A stretch of 64,000 nt of DNA from an uncultured Armatimonadetes bacterium. GTDB lineage: Bacteria; Armatimonadota; Hebobacteria; Hebobacterales; Hebobacteraceae. The stretch spans positions 452,031 through 516,030 of the forward strand of contig OY970296.1 in assembly GCA_963716175.1 (NCBI GenBank), given 5' to 3'. The notes beneath the pieces are model-generated. The model did not search any database. It worked only from the letters and a program-made list of their open reading frames with translations, and had not been told where the DNA came from. The position numbers and the translations under genes were made by a program. Below are positions 41,584 to 50,918 of the stretch, piece by piece (the stretch's first letter is position 1; every line of letters begins with the position of its first letter).

Positions 41584-43851
41584 CTACCAGGCCCGCACTC
41601 TGGACAGCTCCGACTGGAGCTTGCAGAGCCGGCTGTAGAGCCCATCGGACTCCAACAGCTCATCGTGGCTGCCGATCTCGCCGATGCGGCCATGCTCCAT
41701 CACGACGATCTTTGTCGCCTTGCGCAGGGTCGAGAGCCGGTGCGCGATGGCGAACGTGGTCCGATTCGCCACCAGGCGCTCCAACGCCTCCTGGATCAGC
41801 ATCTCGGTCTCGGTGTCAACCGAGGAGGTGGCCTCGTCCAGGATGAGAATCCGCGGGTTCTTGAGAATGGCGCGGGCGATGGAGACGCGCTGGCGCTCGC
41901 CACCGGACATCAACTGCCCCCGCTCGCCGGTGAGGGTATCGTAGCCATGGGGCAGGTTGACGATGAAGTCGTGGGCGTTGGCCGCCTTGGCGGCGGCCAC
42001 GATCTCCTCTGGCTTGGCCTCGGGCGCCCCGTAGGAGATGTTCTCGGCCACCGTGCCGTGGAAGAGGAAGGGCTCCTGCAGCACCACGCCGATCTGCTGG
42101 CGCAGGGAGCGCAGGGAGAGCTCCCGCACGTCATATCCGTCTATCCGGACCTCGCCCTCGTCGACATCGTAGAAGCGGCTCAGCAGTTGCACCAGGGTGC
42201 TCTTCCCGGCTCCGCTGGGACCCACCAGCCCGATCACTTCCCCCGGCTCGGCCACGAAGCTGACCTCCTGGAGTACGGGCTTGCCGGGCTCATAGCTGAA
42301 GGTGACGTTGTCGAACTCCACCCGCCCCTCGAGCCGGGGCAGGACCACCGAGCCCGGCGCCTCCGGGATCTCGGGCGCGGTATCGAGCACCTCGAACACG
42401 CGCTCCGCGGCGGTGAGGGCGTGCTGCACCCGGTGGTTCATCTCGCCCAGCATCTGCACCGGCATGTAGAACTGCCACATGAGCTGGGTGAACATGACCA
42501 GGGTGCCCACCGTGGTCAGGCCCAGCACCGCCTGGTAGCCGCCATAGCCGTAGACCACGAGCGAGCCCACGGAGGTGATAAGGCCGATGGCCGGGAAGAA
42601 AAACGTCCACAGCTTGGCCGCATTCAGCTCCTGGGTGAACAGCGCGCCGCTGCGATCCCGGAATCGCTTCGACTCCCGGTGCTCCTGAGCGAAGGACTTG
42701 ACCACTCTGATCCCCGGGATGGAATCGGCCAGCACCGCGCTCAGGCCCGCCCACCGTCGCCACACCTTCTGGTAGACCTGGTGGATCAGGCGGCCAAACC
42801 AGTAAGTGCCGATGGCGATGAAGGGGGTGGGCAAGAGGGTAAGCGCGGCCAGCGCGGGGTTGGCCGCGAACAGCATCACGCAGATCACGGGGATGGTCAG
42901 CAGGTTGATGATGATCTGCTGCAGGCCATCGGCGATGAAGTACTGCAAGCGCATGATGTCGTTGGTGACGCGGGACATGATCTGGCCGGTCTGCTTCCGG
43001 CTGAAGAACCCGAGCGAGAGCATCTGCAGGTGGTCGTAAAGCTCGGTTCGCATGTCCAGCACCACCCGCGCCCCCAGCCACTCCATCATGTAGCCGCGGG
43101 CCATGCTCACCACGGTCCGCACCAGGTAGATCAAGAGCAGCCAGGTCACCACCAGGGAGAGCCCCGGCAGGTACTTGGGCCTGAGCACGCCGTCGAAGAG
43201 ATAGCGGGTGACGTAGGCCGGCAGCAGGTTCAGCACAGTCAGGACGATGCTCAGGAGGAAGCCCACGATCGCCACCGTGTGGTAGGGCCGCAGGTAGCCG
43301 ATGAGGCGCGCGAGCAGTTGCCCTCGCTTCATGCAGAAAGGGCAGACCTCAGACCAGCGAGGCAGCGCCCGCCCGCAGGTGGGGCAGCGGACGCTGCGCT
43401 GCGGGCCGTGTCCCTTGCGGCCGCCCTCTTCCTGTTTCTCGTCCTCCGAAGAGAGGCGGCGCAGGATGTAGTAGGCGCGCGACATCTGCGGAGCCACAGA
43501 GCGGCTGAACCGCAGCAGCTCCACCGACTCCGAGCCCGTGACCGCCTCCAGCGAGCCGCTGCCGATGAAATCGCGCAGGCGGAAGCGGCGGACATCGGAC
43601 AGAGGCAAGTCTACCTCCACCCGGGCCGCGCCGTTCTCGGGCGCCAGAGTCGCCAGCCGCCGGTCAGTGACCAGCAGCCACCGGTCGCCGTACTCCCCCT
43701 CAGGCGTGATGTCGCTGCGGAGGCTGATCAGGCGCCGCTCGTCCTCCTGCATCAGGCGAGCGACCTCCGCCTCCACGGCCGCAGGCAGCTCCTGCTGGAG
43801 CTCGGCGTCGAGCAGCTTATCTATCTGTTGGCGTTGGGCTTCTGTCATCGT
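41584..43851 (-). CDS. ABC exporter (fused permease and ATPase) with an N-terminal bacterial PH-like domain and a zinc ribbon
   Basis: Walker A GPSGAGKSTL, signature LSGGERQRVSIARA and Walker B ILILDEATS. Six TM helices. N-terminal RWLLVTDRRLATL...VELLRF (PH-like) and CPTCGRALPRWSEVCPFC. Confidence 0.85.
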   Translation of the reverse strand, partial: TMTEAQRQQIDKLLDAELQQELPAAVEAEVARLMQEDERRLISLRSDITPEGEYGDRWLLVTDRRLATLAPENGAARVEVDLPLSDVRRFRLRDFIGSGSLEAVTGSESVELLRFSRSVAPQMSRAYYILRRLSSEDEKQEEGGRKGHGPQRSVRCPTCGRALPRWSEVCPFCMKRGQLLARLIGYLRPYHTVAIVGFLLSIVLTVLNLLPAYVTRYLFDGVLRPKYLPGLSLVVTWLLLIYLVRTVVSMARGYMMEWLGARVVLDMRTELYDHLQMLSLGFFSRKQTGQIMSRVTNDIMRLQYFIADGLQQIIINLLTIPVICVMLFAANPALAALTLLPTPFIAIGTYWFGRLIHQVYQKVWRRWAGLSAVLADSIPGIRVVKSFAQEHRESKRFRDRSGALFTQELNAAKLWTFFFPAIGLITSVGSLVVYGYGGYQAVLGLTTVGTLVMFTQLMWQFYMPVQMLGEMNHRVQHALTAAERVFEVLDTAPEIPEAPGSVVLPRLEGRVEFDNVTFSYEPGKPVLQEVSFVAEPGEVIGLVGPSGAGKSTLVQLLSRFYDVDEGEVRIDGYDVRELSLRSLRQQIGVVLQEPFLFHGTVAENISYGAPEAKPEEIVAAAKAANAHDFIVNLPHGYDTLTGERGQLMSGGERQRVSIARAILKNPRILILDEATSSVDTETEMLIQEALERLVANRTTFAIAHRLSTLRKATKIVVMEHGRIGEIGSHDELLESDGLYSRLCKLQSELSRVRAW

Positions 43852-44198
43852 GCTCTTCCCGCGCGCACGCCGGCTTGGCCACAGGCCGGGCCGGCGCACC
43901 TCATCATGCCCTAATTTCCACGAGAATGCAAGTTCTTCCCTCCTTGCTCCGTTGGATATGGGCGGCCACATATACCGCGGACACAGCCAAAAAACTTGTG
44001 CGCGAATGCCAGGGATGTGGTATCCTCACACGGAAATGCAGTCTGGAATCGCGGTGGTCCCGCGGACGTTAACTCCCTCTTGAAAGGGGGTGGCACGGGT
44101 GAGCTGTGGAAGCTGTGGGAAGAAGGCGGCCCCGAAGAAGACCAAGAAGAAGAAGTAGGCCGCAGCAGTAGCGCCCGCCACGCGCGGGAACTGAACCG

Positions 44199-44227
44199 AG
44201 GCCGGCCTCCCAAGCAGGAGGCCGGCC
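44199..44227 (+). terminator. Intrinsic-terminator-like hairpin GAGGCCGGCCTCC-caagc-AGGAGGCCGGCC followed by TTCGCTTTCC
   Basis: 11-bp perfect stem; sits downstream of a Lys-rich sORF and at the 3' end of the convergent membrane protein gene. Confidence 0.4.
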
Positions 44228-44266
44228 TTCGCTTTCCGCTCACATGTTCAAGCAGCCGACCGGTGA

Positions 44267-46258
44267 TTAGCTGGGCGGCTGATGGATGCCGAAGATGGCC
44301 GAGAGCAGGGCCAGGCCAGCGTCGGTGAGATAATCCCCCAGCACCAGGCCCAGGAAGGCCGGGCGGAAGGCCCGGTACAACCTGAGCCCGCCGTAGCGCC
44401 GGATCAGAGTCGTCAGCGCCCAGGCGATGAACACATTCACCCACATGGAGCGGTTGGTCTCATAAGAGCTGGCGATGAGAAAGCCCACCGGGCTCAGGGG
44501 CCACCACACGAAACTGCTGTGGAGCCACACCAGCAGCACGGTGAAGGCTCCCCCTAGCACCAGGGCGACGCGAAGCCAGTTGTCCGGCGCCTCCGGAGCG
44601 CGCAGGCTGGAGTCCAACTCCCCGAAAGCCCAGTGCGGGTAGCTGTAGAAGGGCCAGCTCTCGAGGCTGGTGGCACCGTGCTGGTAGAGCACGTAGATCA
44701 AGGCCGGGATGCCAAACCCCACCATCGCGACCAGCGCCAGCGCCGCAGCCCACGGCCAGGCGCGGCCCCGCAGCCGGCCGGCCTGGAGCAGCTTGAAGCT
44801 GTCCATGATCTGGGGCATGGCCAGGTTCATGGGGTCATACATGTAGATGACAGAAAGATAGGAGTACAGGGTGAGCGAAGGCGCGCCTATGGGCACCGCG
44901 CCCACCGTCCGCATCATCACCATCCGGGGGAAGAAGCCAGTGTCCACGTACATCACTCCCCCGGCCGCCACCAGCCGCGAGGCCCCCACCAGCACCGCGT
45001 AGAACATCCCTATCAGTCCCGCAAACGCCCACCAGGACATGCCCGCCTTCACCGCCCACCAGACCATGAAGCCGTTGGCCAGCAAGAACCCCATCACCGC
45101 CCAGCGGCCCGCCAGCGGCCCGTACGGGTCCGCCTCCTTGGGCCCCCGCCCCACCAGTCCCAGCAAGCCTGACGCGATGGCCTTGCGGGACTGATAGAGG
45201 AGCACCGCGGTGAGGGCGATGAAACCCCCCGCTTCCTCGAAGCCGACAAAGACGCGGGGGTTGATCGCCACCGCCGCCGTGCCTCCCTCCTCCGCCACCC
45301 CGAACGCGCCCCACACCAGCAGCTGCAGCCGGAAGAAGGCATAGAAGAACCAGAGGCTGAGGGACACTTCTGCCGGAAGCAAGCAGGTGATACCGATGAT
45401 GGGGAAGATGATGGAGAACGACATGTCGGAGAGCACGTTCCAGGGCAGGCTCATACCGGAGAAGTAGCGCCCTATCCGCAGATCCCAGAGCGCAGGGGAC
45501 GGGATGCTGGGGAAGATGCGGTGGAACCAGCCCAGCAGCGAGAGAGTGGCGGGAAGGGCGAATCCCAGCCAGAAGATGCGGTTGCTGAGCAAGCTGCCAC
45601 GAAGGGTGGGGCGGGGTTCACTGCCGGTGATGGAGAGAGGCACGTCCACCAGGGGAAAGGCCAGCCGCTGGCGCTCGATCCAGTCTCTACTCAGCAGCGC
45701 ACCCAGACAGAAAATGCCGGCCATCAGGGCCAGGGTGAAGGCCGACCAGGCCACCATCGGTGCCGCCCAGGCGGCCCAGGGCAGAGGGAGGCCCTGGGGC
45801 AGACCTTCCCAGAACCAGTCGTTCGCCTGGAGCGGCTCGAGCCTCAGCCACAGCGGCACGTTGGGCCAGATCGAGTGCTGCCAGTTATTCTCTGGCCGGG
45901 CCATGTAGAAGGGAAAAGTGGTGGCCGAGACCAGGTAAGGCAGCCCGCCCTGCATCGCCAGCCCCACGGAGATGATCAGCATGCCATAGGCCACCAGCAG
46001 CTCGCCGCGAGTGAAGGCGCGGCCCGGCCAGAACCGGAGCAGGGCCCCGTTTAGCAGCACCAGCACGAATAGAACCACCACCGGGCTGCTCAGCAGGGAA
46101 CCGGAGCCTACCGACCAGGTGCGGCTGACGAAGGCGAGATAGGGGTTGATGGAGGCGAGGAGAGCGACGCTGAGAGCTCCGAGCAACACCGCCCGCGGGG
46201 TAATGGGGTTGACAGTCCGATCCTGGGCCTCGAGCTGTGCCGGATTGCCGCGTTCCAC
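44267..46258 (-). CDS. Large polytopic membrane protein (663 aa, at least 14 TM), function unknown
   Basis: Almost entirely hydrophobic helices rich in aromatic and Gly residues; no recognisable catalytic motif. Confidence 0.7.
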   Translation of the reverse strand: MERGNPAQLEAQDRTVNPITPRAVLLGALSVALLASINPYLAFVSRTWSVGSGSLLSSPVVVLFVLVLLNGALLRFWPGRAFTRGELLVAYGMLIISVGLAMQGGLPYLVSATTFPFYMARPENNWQHSIWPNVPLWLRLEPLQANDWFWEGLPQGLPLPWAAWAAPMVAWSAFTLALMAGIFCLGALLSRDWIERQRLAFPLVDVPLSITGSEPRPTLRGSLLSNRIFWLGFALPATLSLLGWFHRIFPSIPSPALWDLRIGRYFSGMSLPWNVLSDMSFSIIFPIIGITCLLPAEVSLSLWFFYAFFRLQLLVWGAFGVAEEGGTAAVAINPRVFVGFEEAGGFIALTAVLLYQSRKAIASGLLGLVGRGPKEADPYGPLAGRWAVMGFLLANGFMVWWAVKAGMSWWAFAGLIGMFYAVLVGASRLVAAGGVMYVDTGFFPRMVMMRTVGAVPIGAPSLTLYSYLSVIYMYDPMNLAMPQIMDSFKLLQAGRLRGRAWPWAAALALVAMVGFGIPALIYVLYQHGATSLESWPFYSYPHWAFGELDSSLRAPEAPDNWLRVALVLGGAFTVLLVWLHSSFVWWPLSPVGFLIASSYETNRSMWVNVFIAWALTTLIRRYGGLRLYRAFRPAFLGLVLGDYLTDAGLALLSAIFGIHQPPS

Positions 46259-46378
46259 CTGCTCTCCTGCCGCGCTCTATTCTCCGGTGCTTCCGCCGGG
46301 TCCTGTTGCGGAGGAGTTGGCTGCGCAGCGGCGAACGGAGGCCGCCACCGTTGCTCGCGAAGCCCCCGGGGAGGACGA

Positions 46379-47423
46379 CATGAGAAGAGCGAAGGCGAAG
46401 CTGCGCGCGGGCGTGATCGGGATCGGCATGGGCCGGCTGCATATGGAGGGATATGCCACCCATCCGCGCAGCGAGCTGCTGGCGGTATGCGATCTCAATG
46501 TGGCCAGGGCAAAGGCATTGGCGGAGAGATGCGGCGCCCGCTACGTCTTCCGCGACTGGCGCCAGCTCATCGCCATGGATGAGCTCGACCTGGTCTCGGT
46601 GGCAGTTCCCAATTATCTCCATGCCCGCATGACCATCGCCGCCCTGCGGGCCGACAAACACGTGCTGTGCGAAAAGCCGATGGCCACCCGGCTGGAGGAC
46701 GCGGAGATCATGGCCCGGGAGGCGAAGCGGGCGAAGAAGCGGCTGATGGTAGACATGAGCTATCGTTTCGACCCGCTGCAGCAGGAGATGTGGCGCCGCA
46801 TCCGGCGGGGCGACCTGGGCCGCATCTACTACGCCAAGTCGCACTACACGCGGCGCAAGGGCATCCCGCTGGGGGCCAGCGCCTGGTTCATCAACAAGCG
46901 CCAGGCCGGGGGAGGACCCAGCGTTGATCTCGGTGTCCACGCCTTCGATCTGGTGTGGTGGCTGATGGGGTCGCCCAGGCCCACCTGGGTGCTGGGCTCG
47001 ACCTATGCCGAACTGCTGCCAGAGCGAGCGTCGCAGATGGGGGTGAAGGGCGATGTGGACGATCTCGCTGCTGCCGTGGTGAAGTTCGATACCGGCCAGA
47101 CCATCTTCTTCGAGGCGAGCTGGGATGGGCACGTTCCTGGGCATGAGGGCTACGAGCTTTACGGGACCAAGGCCGGGGCCACTTGCCACGACTGGGAGAG
47201 CGATCTCAAGGTGACCATCCATTCCGACGACCGCCGCGGCAGGTCGGTGGACAGGCCGGTGAAGGCCACCCGCAAGACGCCTAGCGCCTATTGGCACTTC
47301 GTAGATGCCTGCTTGGATCGGCGCCTGAAGATGACCGCCTCCGCCGAAGAGTGCTTGCACGTGGCCCGGGTGCTGGATGCCATGAACCGATCGCAGAAGA
47401 CCGGCAAAGCGATCATGCTGTAG
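46379..47423 (+). CDS. Gfo/Idh/MocA-family NAD(P)-dependent oxidoreductase
   Basis: LRAGVIGIGMGRLHMEGY Rossmann start and the EKP motif (VLCEKPMA). Confidence 0.9.
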
Positions 47424-47515
47424 GGCGGGGTCTCCCGATGGCTAGGCCCTTCGGGCCGCCATCCCGGCCTCTACAGGCTTAGGGACCCCGCCAGGTGTGT
47501 CCAGAAGACAGCGCT

Positions 47516-47552
47516 CACTACACGGCGGGCATGGGAATGCCCGCCCTACAAG
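47516..47552. repeat. REP-like palindrome CTACACGGCGGGCAT-ggga-ATGCCCGCCCTACAA
   Basis: 9-bp stem with CTACA flanks; same family as 37303-37375 and 53355-53383. Confidence 0.6.
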
Positions 47553-47580
47553 GGCTTGCCACTCAGAAAGGAATCGCCCA

Positions 47581-48435
47581 ATGATGCCTCCCGCCATCTG
47601 GACCGGGATCTATGCGGCGAAGAACACCTGCGACACACTGCGGGCACTGCGCGCCATGGGCTGGCAGTGGTTCGAGCTTTCCACCGAGCACTTGCACCAG
47701 ATCGAGCAGCACAGCCGCCAGCAGGAGCAGATCGGGGCCGTGCGGGCGACTTTGGAAGAGTTAGCAGCGAGAATGCCCCAGGCCCACGCCCACCTGGAGG
47801 CGGACATCGCCCATCCTGATGAGTCACGGCGCGAGGCCGACATGGAGCGCATCCGGCGCGAGCTGATCTGCTGCGCGGACCTGGGCGTTGAGTACGTCGT
47901 TCTTCATCCCGGCACCGGCGAAGGGCACAGCAGCCCGGAGGAGCTTCGCCCTATCTACCAGCTCGATCTGCGGAATCTGTCACGCCTCGCCGACCAGGCC
48001 GGGGAGCTGGGGGTGAGGATCGGGCTGGAGAACACCATGGATTACTCGGGGAGGCGGCACTTCGGCGCCAGGCCTAGCGAACTGCTGGACTTGCTGGCCG
48101 ACCTCGACCACCCCGCGCTGGGCATCTGCGTTGACACCTCCCATGCCCATGTCCAGAAGCTCGATATCGGGGCCGCGATACGGGAGTTCGGCCAGCACCT
48201 GTGCGCGACCCATATCTCTGACAACGACGGCTCCGGGGACCAACACCTCACCCCTGGGAAAGGCACCATCAACTGGCCCGCGGTGATGGCCGCCTTCAAG
48301 GAGATCGGCTACCAGGGCATCTTCAACCTGGAGATCCCGGGCGAGTCCGAGTTTGGCACGCCGCCCACCCCGGAGGTGCTGGAGGCGCGCATTCGGGGCG
48401 CTTTCGAAGTCGCCCAGCGGCTAGTCAGTTCGTAG
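47581..48435 (+). CDS. Sugar phosphate isomerase/epimerase (xylose-isomerase-like TIM barrel)
   Basis: GLENTMD...CVDTSHAH...HISDNDGSGDQHLTPGKGTINW metal-binding pattern typical of the AP_endonuc_2 / xylose isomerase-like family. Confidence 0.85.
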   Translation: MMPPAIWTGIYAAKNTCDTLRALRAMGWQWFELSTEHLHQIEQHSRQQEQIGAVRATLEELAARMPQAHAHLEADIAHPDESRREADMERIRRELICCADLGVEYVVLHPGTGEGHSSPEELRPIYQLDLRNLSRLADQAGELGVRIGLENTMDYSGRRHFGARPSELLDLLADLDHPALGICVDTSHAHVQKLDIGAAIREFGQHLCATHISDNDGSGDQHLTPGKGTINWPAVMAAFKEIGYQGIFNLEIPGESEFGTPPTPEVLEARIRGAFEVAQRLVSS

Positions 48436-48467
48436 GGGAGCTGGTAGGGCAGGTCCGCGACCTGCCC
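48428..48467. repeat. REP-like element TTCGTAGGGGAGC TGGTAGGGCAGGTC-cgc-GACCTGCCC; overlaps the stop of the upstream gene
   Basis: 9-bp perfect stem, shared GTAGGG head. Confidence 0.6.
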
Positions 48468-48490
48468 AGCAATCTGGGTATGCTCCTGGC

Positions 48491-49699
48491 TCAAGCACCG
48501 GCGAGAACCTGCGCGATCCTCTCCCCCAAGAGCTGCTCGATCCATGGCTCGACCTCCCAGAAGCTCTTCAGGTCCTGGTACTCGCGGATGAACCTCTTGT
48601 CTCCCGCTTTGAGGCCTGACCTCGCCCGGATCATCAGGTTTTTCGTGGTGTGCTCGGGGGAGGCGAATTGCACCACATCGGTGCGATAGCCCACGATGCG
48701 CAGCACCAAGGCGCGGAAAGCGTCGGTGAGAATGTCGGCGGTTCTCTCCCCCAGAATGCCGTGGCGCAGCACCGGGCGCATGACCTCGGCCTTGAGCTGG
48801 GTATGAAGCTCGTGCTGGCAGCACGGAGCGGCGAGGATGACGCGGCTTCCCCAGAGGATGCCCTGCGCGAGGGCCTCATCGGTGGCGGTGTCGCAAGCGT
48901 GCAGGCTCAGCACCACATCCGGCCGAGTCTGAGGCGCGAACTCGGCAATGCGAGCGACGTGGAACCCCAGGCCATCCCAGCCCAGGGAATCCCGCAGTTG
49001 GTCGCACTTCTCGATGATCTCTCGGTTGCTATCAACCCCGGTGACATGAGCAGGGATGCCGCGCAGGTGGTTCAGGTAGTGGTAGGCGCCGAAGGTGAGG
49101 TAGGCGTTGCCACACCCGCAGTCCACGATCTCAAGCGGGCCGGCAGCGAAGTCCGCCGGTTGCAGCATCTGCTGCATTAGCGTGAGAAACTCGTTGATCT
49201 GGTGGAACTTGCCCTGCATCGTCGCCCGCACCCGGCCGTTGCGATCCATGATGCCGATGGCCTGGAGGAAAGCGTCGGGCGCGTTGGCCGACAGCGGGTA
49301 GGCCTTCACCCGGTCGTGCGAGAGGTCGGGCTCGGATTCGGCGCGCGAGGGCTTGCCTCTCCCAATCAGCACTCGGCCCCGCTTGGTGATGCGGACATGC
49401 AAATCACCCGAGGTGGACTGCGCCAGGAACTGAGTGAACGGGAGCGCGAGCAGCTCGTCCAGCCTGGCTGCAACGTCGTCTCCTGCGAAGTTCTTGGTGA
49501 TGTCCTTGCGGCCATCGAAGTAGGAGAACTGCATCCGGCGCCGGCCCCTCAGCAGGACAGGGCGCACCACTGCCTTGATCCACGGCACCTCCGCTCCCCG
49601 CAGCTTGCCGCTCACGGTGAGGCGCAGGAAGGTGGGCTCGTCGAGCACGGCCGCTCTCACCATCGCTCTGTAGTCTGCCTGCCGCTCGGACTTAGCCAT
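48491..49699 (-). CDS. Class I SAM-dependent methyltransferase with an N-terminal extension
   Basis: Motif I LEIVDCGCGNAYLTF; acidic motif II region VTGVDSN. Confidence 0.7.
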   Translation of the reverse strand: MAKSERQADYRAMVRAAVLDEPTFLRLTVSGKLRGAEVPWIKAVVRPVLLRGRRRMQFSYFDGRKDITKNFAGDDVAARLDELLALPFTQFLAQSTSGDLHVRITKRGRVLIGRGKPSRAESEPDLSHDRVKAYPLSANAPDAFLQAIGIMDRNGRVRATMQGKFHQINEFLTLMQQMLQPADFAAGPLEIVDCGCGNAYLTFGAYHYLNHLRGIPAHVTGVDSNREIIEKCDQLRDSLGWDGLGFHVARIAEFAPQTRPDVVLSLHACDTATDEALAQGILWGSRVILAAPCCQHELHTQLKAEVMRPVLRHGILGERTADILTDAFRALVLRIVGYRTDVVQFASPEHTTKNLMIRARSGLKAGDKRFIREYQDLKSFWEVEPWIEQLLGERIAQVLAGA

Positions 49700-50726
49700 G
49701 CACGTCTCCAGCACGCCATCGGGCCGGGCTCTCGATCCCGGCCAGTATCGTCTCGGCCGCCCATGCCAGCTCGCCTGGCGGCGCGTTCTTCCCCCCGATC
49801 AGCCAATCGAGGGCCGCGTCCAACGCAAATGCGAGCGCAAGAGCCACGGACCCTTGTTCCGCGGCCGCACCCACCTCGGACCAGTAGCGGCGCAGGAATC
49901 GCCGAACCAGCCCCGTCCGCTCTCGAGGCACGACAGGGAGAGTCGCCAGCAGGCCGATGATGCAGCTTCCCAGATCGCGCTCGCACGGGTCCAGCCCCGC
50001 GTGGTCCCAGTCTATGATGCCCGAAAAGTGCTCACCTGTCACCATGATGTTGGGAGCCGAGAGATCGCGGTGTGCGAGGCCCGCGCGGCTTACGGAGACC
50101 GGGGTCGCAGCCAGCACTGCAGCTCCCTTGAGTATGATCTCCGCGATGCGCTGGTCGCCCCCGGTCGCCCGCTCCGTATACCACTGTGCGTCCTCCGCGA
50201 ACATCGCCGCGACGCGCCGGCTGACTTCGTCGAGCGCGATCCCGCGCGAGCCAGCAGCCTTGCCATCAAGTCTTGTCAGGCGGGCGATTGAGGTGGCAAG
50301 CTCATCCACCAGCCTGGTCCTGCTAATCCCGCGGATCGCTCCGATGCAGCGATCCAGCGGCTCACCGCTATAGCTGGTAAGGAGCGTTGGCAGGCCAAAC
50401 AGGGCCGCTTCCCTCTCTATGCCAATGCTTGTGGGGACAGGTACTACGCCGCGCACAAGTTCGAGGGCCTTCGCATGGCGCCCCAGGCCGTCCTTTCCCG
50501 CATCCGAATCTTCATAGAACTTGATGCATATGCGGCCAGCTCGCGCGTCCTCACAGATGACTACGCGGCTCGCCGCTGGCGTCACCCCATCATCGCGGCC
50601 AGAGGTAGGATTCGTGATCGCTCGCACCTCACGCAGCCCGTACCTCGCCAGGCCGGTGACGACTCGCCGCCGGGCATCCGAGCCCGCCCTGGCGACATCC
50701 GCCGCATAGTCAACCGGGTTCATCAT
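49692..50726 (-). CDS. Phosphotransferase enzyme family protein (APH/choline-kinase-like small-molecule kinase)
   Basis: Brenner motif HRDLSAPNIMV and the downstream IIDWDHAG. Confidence 0.75.
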   Translation of the reverse strand: MMNPVDYAADVARAGSDARRRVVTGLARYGLREVRAITNPTSGRDDGVTPAASRVVICEDARAGRICIKFYEDSDAGKDGLGRHAKALELVRGVVPVPTSIGIEREAALFGLPTLLTSYSGEPLDRCIGAIRGISRTRLVDELATSIARLTRLDGKAAGSRGIALDEVSRRVAAMFAEDAQWYTERATGGDQRIAEIILKGAAVLAATPVSVSRAGLAHRDLSAPNIMVTGEHFSGIIDWDHAGLDPCERDLGSCIIGLLATLPVVPRERTGLVRRFLRRYWSEVGAAAEQGSVALALAFALDAALDWLIGGKNAPPGELAWAAETILAGIESPARWRAGDVHG

Positions 50727-50918
50727 AGCTGTCAGCCCCATCGTCGAAGAGCTGCTCCCGATCCTGGGTGTTCACGCGCATTCCCTTCCTAGTGCCTCGG
50801 CGCTCTGTGCTGCCTGCGTTCCAGGCCTCGTCATGCCACCGGCGTCCACGCCGTCGGGTCCAGCGAGCGCCCCGGCGGCGCGGTGCGGCCCGAGGTTTGT
50901 CCTCGCGGTCCGGTGTCC

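Noticed and set aside
41665-43914. 749-aa plus-strand ORF antisense to the ABC exporter (similarly 7797..9065, 17943..19070, 34674..35741, 6001..6909, 4174..5295, 14059..15009, 15736..16656, 39457..40572)
   Set aside because: No motifs, His/Arg/Gly/Pro-dominated composition, and each is fully covered by a well-supported gene on the other strand.
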